From: Atractiella rhizophila | Taxonomy: Eukaryota | Length of the DNA stretch: 63,505 nucleotides | Assembly: GCA_021432655.1 (NCBI GenBank) | Contig: MU271246.1 | Coordinates: 62,001 to 125,505, forward strand | Direction of reading: 5' to 3' | Part shown: positions 53,015-63,505 of the stretch, piece by piece | Layout: every line of letters begins with the position of its first letter | How positions within the stretch are numbered: position 1 is the stretch's first letter | Made by a program: the position numbers and the translations under genes | Notes under the pieces: generated by a model | Told to the model about the DNA's origin: nothing | Database searches by the model: none | The model's input: only the letters and a program-made list of their open reading frames with translations

Positions 53015-54228
53015 CTAATAGATGCGTGAGGTCATTTCTATGCCTGGAGGCAGGAATGAGGTGTCATCCTTCAATTTGCTTAGCGAGGCGTGTAACAAGG
53101 TCAACCAAACCTTTACAGTTGATTGTCTTCAGTCCAACAATGACTTAAAGACGAGAGAGAATGTCATACCGCATAAATGGTGTAGGAGATCATCTCCCTC
53201 TCAGGTTGTCGAACTGTGAGATATCTCAAGCTTGTAAAAATTGCAAAGAGCACGACAAGGGAGAGGAGAGCAGGATGGGCATCGGAGATGAGGATCGAGC
53301 CGGTTGTTGAGAGGGAGAGGACGACTGGGATACTGTATCGCGACGCCAACGGAAACATTATCGGGAGAGTCTTGCGGCCATTTGCTGCGTCACCAACCAC
53401 ATCTGGAAAGTCTTGTACAAATATAGTGAAGATGTTGACAAAGGCTGAGCTCGCAGTCAACTGTGTCTTCTGGACCAAGTAAATGACACCAACCTGAGAA
53501 CATGATAGCAATTAGTTGATGGGCTGTCAAACCGTGATGCGTTGCTTTGGACTCTCGTCAATAAAGGTTCACGCTTTGGACAGAGGGTAAAACGCACTGC
53601 CAACAGCGAGACATCCGAGCTCTCCCATAGGGAAACAGCTGCCAGCAAGGAAGCTTTTTCCCCACCACTTCTTATTGAGGCTCATCTCGTTATGGACCCA
53701 AGTGATGAGACTGATTGCTATTGAAGCCCCGACAGCCAAACGTCCTCCAATGAAATGGGAGATTGTCACGTTAAAGAAGGGCATGATCCACCTAAGCCGC
53801 CGAGCAGTTTCGAGCGTTATGAGACCGCTTGGGATGGGACGGTAGGGCTTGTTGAGCCTGTCTTCTTCAACAGCGTCTCCTTGAAAACATTTTCAACGTT
53901 GAATGTTCCCGAGATGCGCAGGAGAGATTTACCTGAGGTCTGATTCGACAAGCAAAATTCAATCAATACAAGGTAGAGCCACAACGCCGATATTAGCAAC
54001 TTGGGAACACCATTCCAAGCTGTAACGGACGAGGAGAAGACAAGCTGTTTCTCTTCTCAAACTTCAGTTCCTTGGACGGAGACGTGCATACGATAGGGAG
54101 CTGCTCCCGATGATGAGTAAAAGGCACCTGCTTAGTTGGTAACCTACCATAACAGCCTTGAAATCGCTTCTTGTCAAGAAGTACACCGTCTTCGTCGTGT
54201 TCAGCAGCTCATGGTGAAGCATTATCAT
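53015..54228 (-). CDS. UbiA superfamily membrane enzyme, UbiA-type terpene synthase-like
   Basis: Spliced SNQTSGDAVEEDRLNKPYRPIPSG and QDFPDVVGDAANGRKTLP motifs, SDFK N-terminal motif, multiple TM helices. Confidence 0.85.
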
Positions 54229-55173
54229 CTTCACTAGGGACCTAGATGGACTGAAACGCAGGAGAGCTCTAATTGAGGCTGGTTCATAACTGAAAGATAC
54301 CCTCTGGTTTTGTATGCCGGGAGGCATCCCAATTTTTATCCTTGAGTATCGGACATGAACAGGTCAATGTGCAGAGATCCGTGCACTTTCTCAAGGAATC
54401 TCTTCAAATCTTGCACTTTCATGTTGATTCGCAAGATAAGGCAGTCGGACCTCTTCTTGCTCGTCCCTTTCGCGATCAACCTAAGGGCACAATTCAGATC
54501 TGTGTAAGATGCATGCTGGATTTGCCAATCTTGAGCTTGAATTAGCATTAGTTTTTACGAGAGGTTTGCGACGCGTACCTCCGTTTAGATTAGGAGCGAT
54601 TAACATTTGATTGCTGAGCGTAAACGATCAAGATCCTATAACAGAGCGAGGGCACGCAAGCACGTGAAGGTCTACCTTCTGCAGCTAACACACATTCCTT
54701 GTGCGTTCGGCGTGCTCGGTTGAACAATTAGTTGAGTTGCGGAAATCCAACCCGCTCTCGATCTGGCAGGTTTCTAATACCTTTCAGAATCTTCTGGAAG
54801 GTGAGGATCTATGAAAACGTTTGCCAAATTAGCTGCAGAGAAGGAAATATTTGGGCATTCTGCGTAGGGCAAGTACGTGGTATTACGTAACACAAGATCA
54901 TTCTTCCTCTCATTTACTATTAACTCTGGCTGCTGAACTGGCTCTGGTCTCTTTGTCTGTCTTGACAGGTCTCGACATTCATCGATATTCATCCTAAGCT
55001 ACTGTCGGCTAGATTACATTCTAAATATTCTGGAATACTTCAGTCCAGCAGGAGAGTTTGCAACTTCTTGGAAAGGACTATATTATCTCCCTTATAAATT
55101 TAGGTGATCACCGAGATCCTTGGTACATTAGTCTTTGAACTGAAATCAACAGATAGCTCAGTATTTGACATCT

Positions 55174-57061
55174 TCATTCGAAGTGGCGATGGACCCGGTC
55201 TGGGCTAGGGAGAAAGGGCCGTTTCGTGTCGAATGACCCCTCCGCTCGTTGCAGAGAAACCCAAGAACCGATTTCTCCCACATTCACCCCGTACACGATC
55301 GCTCCAAGAAAAATAGCGTAAATGACGGCGGAACTATTTTGCAGCGTTAGGTCTGGGACCTTCAATTGTGCCTCGATTGAAGGGCGAGGATCGGAGGTCA
55401 TGGCGAGGATAGATAGGCTTAACGTGCAAGAGAGAATGATTTGCACCCATGCCATTTTAGCAGTGCTCGAATTTCCACCCTCTGCCCCACCTCTGAAATC
55501 TGCACGATATCGTTCTGTCCACAGCCGGATGAATCCATGTCCGGTCATCGAGACGGCGCCAGCGACAAGCAGCCTGATTGGAGTGAGAGGAAAGAAGGAA
55601 AGAGTGATGGAGACGAGGAGGAAAAGTGCCCCAAAGGTATACGCAGATAAGAGCTGGATGGGGAAGAGGGGTCTGTTTAGGAGGGCAGGACGAAGGCGAA
55701 CTGCTGCTGCATCATGATGGGAATAGATAGTAGGACGAATGAGCAGAAAGCGGTTAAGTCGAGCGGTCTCGCTGGTTGGACGACCGAAACAGCACCCATA
55801 ACAATGACATCCTATCCGAGACCAGAACTCGTATGCTCCAATCCCGATCCCTAAACTGCCAATGAATCCACTCAAATCCTCAATCCAACCCAAAGCCACA
55901 CAAAGAGTCACTCCAATGATCGCACCAGCTATACCCCCATGAAGCCAGAATCCCGGACGCAGTATGGTGGCAAGCGGATCCCGTTAAAAGCGGCAAGACC
56001 GTCTTCGAAGATGAGGGAACAGATGCGCGCTCCTAGGACAGCGAAGCTGAGGGTGAGGATGATGGAACTTGACAGATTGACACATGGAGGGTTGAAGAGA
56101 AGGACGGAGGAGGCCAGGGATGAAAGCGCAAAGCCCATGAAGAGACCGTAGATTGTGACGAATATGGGCGGAAGATTGGGATGCCGTACCTCGAGATAGT
56201 AGGGCTGATGCTCTGTATTGAACCTGAAGGAAAAACAAAAACTGTCCTCTGCTTTCAGAGACTTCCATTGCCGTTGTACGTATGAGATGCAGAATAGGGC
56301 ATAAACTCCCAAGAATGCAGGCGCAACCACAACATCGATCCAAAAGTACCCGTTCGTTCTAGACAGGGTATAGGTACCCCAGATCGTGCATATTAGTGTC
56401 CAGGTTCTAAGAAGTGTATATTGAATGACGTTGAACGCCTTTAAGCCTGTTCTAAAGCGCACGAAACGCACATCCCTGTCAAACTAATCAACTTCGACCT
56501 CACAAGCCCGGATGGATGTATCAAGACGTACTTTGATTTTGAAGGATCTGTCAGACTATCAGAGTAGACAGATAGGAGAACGAGGAGGTCACCCGGGAGT
56601 TCCGATACCAAGGTTGCGGCTATCAAATAGAGGCTGTTGATGTCCCATCGGGTGAAGAGGATGAGGCAGAAAGAGAGCAAGGCTCCGAGATGATGATAGA
56701 CGTAAAGAGGATAGATGTCTAATCGATTGAGCTCGGAAATCCAGAGTACGAGTCGACTTGCCACGCATATTTCGCCTTCTCTCGACAAAGTCCACTCCGC
56801 TTCCTCCCAATCGTTGGAGCTCGAGGAGCTTTGGTACCATGCTTTGAAGCAGAGGGGGCTGGACAAGAATGTGATGAGGAATCCTAATGAGATTCCGAAG
56901 AAGAGGGAATACTGGCCCTTGGTCTTAAGATGGGAGTAAAATGTCGGCGAAATGCGTGATACAAGAAGTCGGAGCAGGACCTCGACGAGATAGTATAAGG
57001 TGAATGCAAATGTGAGAACAGAGAGAGAAAACAAATCCAGGGCCATCAGGCTCTGTAGCAA
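55174..57061 (-). CDS. Polytopic membrane protein: TLC-like domain fused to a prolipoprotein diacylglyceryl transferase (Lgt)-like domain; apparent 1-nt frameshift near 55985
   Basis: TLC-like YVYHHL...LVSELP. Lgt-like TIYG, LGARI, FWLHGG, RIGCHCYGCCFGRPT, FPIQL and RLWTERYRAD. Confidence 0.75.
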
Positions 57062-58104
57062 TTATTTTCGATTTGAATATTTTTGGAGGAGCTCTGTACT
57101 CAGAACATGACCTTAAGTAGCATTTTGTCTTTGTGTTTCTGCGAGTCCGACACGCCACCGATGTCAGGTTACAAGTTTCCTATACCGTGAGCCTCACAGT
57201 GCGCCGTTCGGTGGACCCTCCATCACCTCGGAGAAGACTCAGTGTAAGCCTACTGCGAGATTGTTTCTGCTCATGCGTCTAGTTCAAACGTTGAGAGACA
57301 GGGAATAACTGAGATACATTCATTCTGCATCCTGGTGAGTGTATATTCACGACATGGACAAATGCATACCCAGGAGGCTCAGCGGGTTTCATAAGGTAAT
57401 AACCCTAAATCCTGTAGCCGAAGTAAGGCCAGAAAGGGAACAATTTCGCACCAGTACTTTCTGATCTCTTTGATAAGCGATCCTTGGCGTCCAATGAAAC
57501 ATCATCTTGCAGTGCCTACAAGTTTAACAGACAGCTGCATTGCCCGCTCACAGCGAGCTTGTGGCTTTATCGGGAGACAGAAATCTGATAGAAAAATAAC
57601 GTCTCACCCAATACTACGTAGCCTTCACATTTCGGCTAAAGCCCACTGTGTCTTGAAACCCTGATACTTCTACAACTAGACATTCCCATGTCCTGAAAGG
57701 CACAATAAAGTGTAGTCTGCAGAGAAAAGAACCAGAGGGAGGAGCGGAGGTATCCACATCGTCGTGATATTGCATATTGCCGACATGAATGATGTGGATA
57801 TCGATGGTTTCGTTGGGGTCGACTATACCAAGCAATCCTTTCAAACTGTCTCTCAAATGAGCTGCAAAAATTTGAAATAAGTCATAATATGAAGTTCGGA
57901 CCTTTAAGCTCGAACTCAAACCTCCGCGATTTTTGTTTGCACAGAGTCGGCTAACGACACATCGAATCACCTGGAATCATATCGAACTTCTCGCGCTACC
58001 TCTGACGCTGACCTGGTTCGCGTCCATTGACACCACCAAATCCTGCCTGAAAGTCTCCCAAGCTAAAGATTCACTCACGTCTCCTCCATCGAAGCGTCTC
58101 CACG

Positions 58105-61100
58105 ATGGCTCCGTCCTCATCAGGTCATGCCGGTCAGGCTCCAGGAAGAAGCAAAGCGAAAGCACCAGCGATTCCCAAGCGGGTTCCACCACGCTTCACG
58201 CTGCATCCACTTCAATCGATCTGCTCGGACTCGCCATCCCCAGCCATTTTACTCTCCTTTGATTCCATACCGCACAAGTACCTCTTTGGCCTCCCAGATA
58301 CGGTGTCGAGGAACTTCACGCAGTGCCAGATTAGTAGGAAGGTCGAACAGGCCTTCGTGCCGAGAGTGGATGGGGACGGCACAGTTGGTGGCTTGTCAGG
58401 GATCATATTCAATGCTCTTGGATCTACGAAGACTTTGACTCTCCATGGGCCCCCAACACTGCTCGATTATCTTGTTTCGATGCGGTTTTTTGTAAAGAAA
58501 AAAGGCATCGATTTGAGGGTTAACACCGTCTCCTCTTTCGACGACTGGTCAGAGTTTGCCACAAACAACACACCACAACTTGTGCACTCTGATCCTGCAC
58601 TCAAAATGTATGCCTTCGCTATTGCGCCAACTCCCCCCTCGACTCTAAATCCTCTACCTTCTTCGAGGAAGCGTCGACGCCCTAACTCGTCTTCTGATGA
58701 AGAAGAGGGGAAGAAAGAGGAGACACAAGATCGATGGATGAGCCAAAGTATCCGAGAAGAGAATGAGGTGGAATTCAAGCGCCATCTATTAAACCTTCAA
58801 TTTCCAGGCGAATCGACTTTGGGTACTCTACAGGCATGTCCTTCCTTCACCTCCCCCTGAACGCTTCTAAATGTCGCTCAAGACCGCTCCGAACTTCGTC
58901 CCTCCGTACATCTTCAAGCCTATGCCTGCTCCCTCCACCGCAGCTTTAAAAACGACCCTCCTTTACGTAGGTATAGGACCTGAAAGTCGAGGCAAGTTCA
59001 ATCCGAAACGTGCGATGGAGTTGGGGATCAAAGACAAGCGCATGTATAGCAAGCTGACAGAGGGCGAAACCGTCAAGAATGATGAAGGGATAGATGTGCG
59101 ATGGGAACAGGTGATGGATGGAAAACTCGCTTCTGAAGTCCGTCTGTCCTCTCTTCTTTTCACCACAGGACCTTTTGCTAATCCCTCCTTTCCGGTTGGA
59201 AAGGCGTTCGCTCTGGTCGATTGTCCGTCCGTTGACTACATCGAGGAATTGACGAAGGTGGACGTGCAATATTTTCTCACGGAGCGGTACGAGAGCGAGA
59301 TCTTTGGGAAGAGTGAGGAGGGACATCCCAAGTTAAAGGTGGTGGTCCATTCACTAGGCCCTGGAGTGTTTGAAGACGAGCGATATCTCGAATGGATGGG
59401 GAAGCTGGGGTCAGATGTGGATGTAAGTGCTTGCCTCCTCTTAAATGAGTACACGCTGAAAATTGCGATGAACGCGAAGCACGTCATTGCTTCCAAAGAC
59501 TACATACCCGATAAGCTACAATTCGTCAAAGCTGCCTTCCTTCAACTCCGACTCTCCAAGCTTGACAGGACTATCTTCCCTCTTCCCAAATATAGCCTGA
59601 ACCCGACCAAGCGTCTTCCCTCTTCGCTCCCTGAACTTCGTATCAGGCCTCTAATCCCACACGAGCTCATCCACGTCGGCCATTCTCCTTCGCCTTCTCA
59701 AACAGCACCGCCGTCCGTAAGCTCTGGGGCTATGAAGCTCTCCTACCCGACCTTTGACTTCCTCGTCCCATCAGAAGAAGCGGATGAGGCCGCTTCTAGA
59801 CTTGGAGCCGTCAAGGCCACACCTGGGAGTGAGGCGCACAGCGGGCAGGCGCGGGAGGCGCATAGGAAGAAGGAGGTGTGGAAGACTTTCGTGCGGATGG
59901 CAGAGGAGGCAAAGGAAGAGATCTACCGAAAGAATACCTCAGGTGCCACGAGGGAGGATCGTGGCGGAGAAGGTGGACTTTGGGATAATGTTGTGGTCAC
60001 GACTCTTGGAACTGGGAGCGCAATGCCCAGCTCTTATCGTACTGGTGTGTTCATTCCATCGCTAAGTGAACAGAGCTGAGCGAAGAACAGTTAGCTCGAC
60101 CTTGGTCCAGGTGCCAGGGTACGGAAATGTACTGCTCGATGTTGGGGAAGGAACTTTGGGCCAATTGTCAAGACGGTTTGGACAGGAACTTGATGACATA
60201 CTGCAGGATTTAAAGTTCATCTTCATCTCACACATGCATGCAGATCATCATGCTGGACTCTATCGAGTACTGTGGAAACGACTTCAGGTGAATGGCCTCT
60301 TGTCCCAATTTTCTTGCTAACGATGGTGTTATGACGATGTGGCAGATGAAATCCAGTTCGGTGTCAGTAAATCCACTGTACATTTTAGGTCCCTGGAACA
60401 TTGGTCTCTATCTTAAAGAACTCGAACAAATATTTCCATTGGGCTTGACGAGCCTTGCAAACTTTGTTCCTTTGGATGCGAAGACCTTTGATCAGGACAC
60501 TGCGTACGTTGACCGCTCATGCTGTTGGGAATGGTTCTAAACTTTCAGCAGCTCACTCAAGATTGCTCTGGGGTTGAAGACCATTCGACCAGTCAGTGTC
60601 ATCCATCGTGGAAAATGCTTTGGTGTCGTCTTAGAACATGTCAAAGGATGGAAGCTAGTGTAAGTTCTTCTCTCCCCCAGTCTCCACTGCCTTACGCATC
60701 AACAGGTTCTCTGGAGACACACGGCCGTGTCCTGCTTTAATAGAAGCTGGAAAAGAAGCCGATTTGTTGATCCACGAAGCGACTATTGAGGACGATGTCC
60801 CAATTGACGCTTCGATGATGAATGTCGATGAGCAGGACCATGATGCATCACGAAAACCCACGTATCTCGAATTGGCCGCTTCGAAGGGGCACAGCACATT
60901 TGGAGAGGCTACCGAAGTTGCTGTTCAGTGCGGTTTTTCTCTTTCATCCGTGTTGAACGTAAACGTGACCTGTGATGGAGCAGAATGAAAGCCCGTCACT
61001 GCCTTCTGACCCATTTCTCAGCACGTTATCCTAAACTGCCTCCACTCTCTCCGCCCTCCGCCTCCTCTTCGAGCGATGAACCCAAGTTCGCAGTCGCTTT

Positions 61101-61383
61101 CGATCTCATGTCCATCAGAATGGGGAATTGGTGGAAGCTCGCTCACTTCCGAGCATCCATGGCTACACTCTTTAGTGAACTCGAACCTGACGAAGTCGAG
61201 GTCGTGTCTGTTGAAGATGCTGGAGGTAAGGAGCCACCAATACCAGCTGATGAGAAACGGAAGACGCTACCTCCATCACAAAAACAGAAACCGGCGAAAA
61301 AGAAGAAACTACAGACGAAGGAACAGTTGTTGATTCCGAGCCAGGGAACGGGCCTAACCACTCAACCATCCGGATTTGCCTAG
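58105..61383 (+). CDS. TRZ1: Long-form tRNase Z (ELAC2/Trz1)
   Basis: RGKFNPKRAMELG exosite, TLGTGSAMPSSYR, LLDVGEGTLGQL, ISHMHADHH, SGDTRP, LIHEAT, HSTF and LTHFSARYPK. Confidence 0.96.
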
Positions 61384-61835
61384 ATTTATCAAATTGGAAT
61401 CTTGTTACATGTACATTCATCGCCGCACCGCACAGACATTCAAAATGTAAAATACGACACAACTCAATGCGAATTCTGACCACTTTTCGTCCATGTCATG
61501 GTTGCACCGTGAGACCATTGCCTTTGAAAGTCTGCCGTCGAGTCTATAATCTAGCAAAGTCGAAGTCACTGACGACGTCAAGGAATCCAATGACCCTAAG
61601 CTAGCGACCCAACGTGTTTATGTCGTGACCCCACCACTCTCAAGGGAACTCGGATGAGTCTCATGAACCCACGATGCTTTGCACGCGAGTGGTTCAGGTG
61701 TTATGTGTGGCGCTGTGACTCAGCCATCAAGGACATCATTGATAAAGAGACATCATCGTCTGCACGGAGAGCGACGGAACAAAGCCGACATTACCTGCAA
61801 TCACGGTAATCAGCCAAATCGCAGCGAAAACTAGG

Positions 61836-62488
61836 ATGGACAAGGTCGTGCACACTTCCCGTCTTGTTCTCCGTCCAATGAAGCTACCCCCCACTGAAGC
61901 TGATATTGCTGGATGCCATAGCATTTGGTCTGATCCTTTAGTTGGAAAATGGTTGTGAGTCTCTGCATCCTCCTATCAGGAAGAGTGGGGCTGACGGCTT
62001 GATCCTGTAGCCCAAGCGGTCCTTCAAAAGACCTCGAAGAAACTTCGAAACGCTTCTGCAGGATCCTTACACCCCCAACGCTGACGGCAGAAGATCAAGC
62101 ATTGCTGGGCTTATCGGAGCCCGCGGCCGTCCACTACGCCTGCCTTCTGCGCAAGGAGGGGGATCCTGAACTGGAACAAATCGGTGTCCTCGCGCTTGCT
62201 ACAATCGCAAGCGCAGAGCACCAGGTCTATCGGCCGTACAATCTGGCGTATAACTTCAGGAGCTCTTCTTGGGGTAAGGGATACGCGACGGAAGCACTCA
62301 GAGCCTTCATGGAAGCTTTGCCAGAGGAGCTGAGGACGAAAGCGGTGGCAATTATTGAGTCGCGAAATGAGAGGAGTTTGAAGTTAGTGGAGAGGGTTGG
62401 GTTTGAGGAAACAAAGAGACAATCCCTGCCTAGCTGGACGCCTGGTGAAGCAGATGTTGAGGCCGTGTCATTCATGTGGAAGAAATAA
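61836..62488 (+). CDS. GNAT (RimJ/RimL-type) acetyltransferase
   Basis: HTSRLVLRP start, LAYNFRSSSWGKGYATEAL, NERSLKLVERVGF; one intron. Confidence 0.9.
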
Positions 62489-62568
62489 GTGTTGCATCAT
62501 CATTCCTACATGCCTACACTCTGCAACATTCCAAGATCACGTCAGCAGCGTCAGAAGCAGCAGGCGGC

Positions 62569-63505
62569 TTACTTCACATGATTTCTACCAAGAGTGTCAA
62601 TCAATTCCTGAAGATTGTTCACAACAGCATCGAACTCCCCTCCGTTCTCCTTTGCCAAAAACTTGGTTCTATCGTACTCAGTATCTTCCGTTTCTCTCCT
62701 TATATACACGGTCTTCATCTACTCATAAGGTTTAGCATCAGCAGCGCAGAGTAGTGAGAATTTACACCCATCTCCCTCGCTTTTCTCACATCATAAACAT
62801 GACTAGCCACCAAAGCTACCTTCTCTCTCTGGTTTCCGTAACCTAGCAGCTCGCAAGTGCGTTCATACATGACGGGATCGGGTTTGTAACTCTTCAGCAA
62901 ATCTCCAGAAAGCAGTACATCGAATTTGAGGTCCGCATACCGACACAAGTCAATTAATAGGCGCAAGGAGCCGTTAGACAATGTAGACAGGATATATCCT
63001 TGGGAATGGAGCGACGCCAGGGCACTGGAAGAATCAGGCCAACCTAAACGATATTGCACACCTCATGAGCAAATCATTGTGAAACATGAGGAAGAGGTGC
63101 ACCAGCCAATTTATGCCAAGCTTCCACCGCCGTTGATAACTTGGAAACATCTGTTTCCCACTCTGCTCTCACGGCTTGATACTCCGTTCGTTGCAAAAGG
63201 TCCTTCAAGAGCAAAAGGTGCACCTCATCCACATTAGTAGGACCTGTCGACTGCCCACTGGCGATTTCTTTCCTTTCATCCTGAAGTCAATACTGTTGTT
63301 CATAATAGTTGATAAGCATAGCTAACGTAAGTCTCCAATATCCTGCTCTCCAATCACGCGTGAACTGAAGCCAATCTATCCTGCCTGTCCTCCCATTTGG
63401 TCAAGCCAACAAAAGATGCGACAAACCTACTGTCAGGCTCGGATGAGGAAGATGCAATTTCTCGAAGTTGGGATGAGACGGATTGCTCCCCTAATACACA
63501 ATTGG
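62569..63505 (-). CDS. Haloacid dehalogenase type II (HAD) hydrolase, 5' end outside the window
   Basis: GWPDSS, TLSNGS, FDVLLSGD..SYKPDP..Y and LVASHVYDVRKAREMG. Confidence 0.9.

Noticed and set aside
54336..55130. Possible small gene between UbiA and TLC-Lgt (ORFs 54336-54548, 54774-54992)
   Set aside because: No recognisable domain or convincing splice structure; cannot be supported without transcripts.

Overview
Intron-rich, gene-dense fungal genomic DNA, most likely from a basidiomycete, with about 24 protein-coding loci. Housekeeping and metabolic genes: chromodomain protein, mitochondrial CDF transporter, GMC oxidoreductase, AN1 zinc finger, TFIIA-gamma, three aldo-keto reductases, Zn2Cys6 factor, GPI-anchored CFEM-like protein, GT2-like glycosyltransferase, dienelactone hydrolase, MSH2, F-box/LRR protein, EF-hand protein, tRNase Z, GNAT and HAD. 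Two loci stand out. (1) A patatin-STAND-TPR NLR-like immune receptor at about 23.6-30.1 kb, whose array of about 20 x 120-bp TPR units (24107-26550) is present as a mirror image (reversed but not complemented) next to a 25-N gap. This is most likely a gap-filling artefact, but decoding it reveals a hypervariable TPR sensor and a second, different 3' end for the gene. (2) A TLC-domain/Lgt (bacterial prolipoprotein diacylglyceryl transferase-like) fusion that keeps the Lgt catalytic motifs and lies upstream of a UbiA-type terpene synthase-like gene (53-57 kb). Exon boundaries were inferred by eye and no database searches were run.
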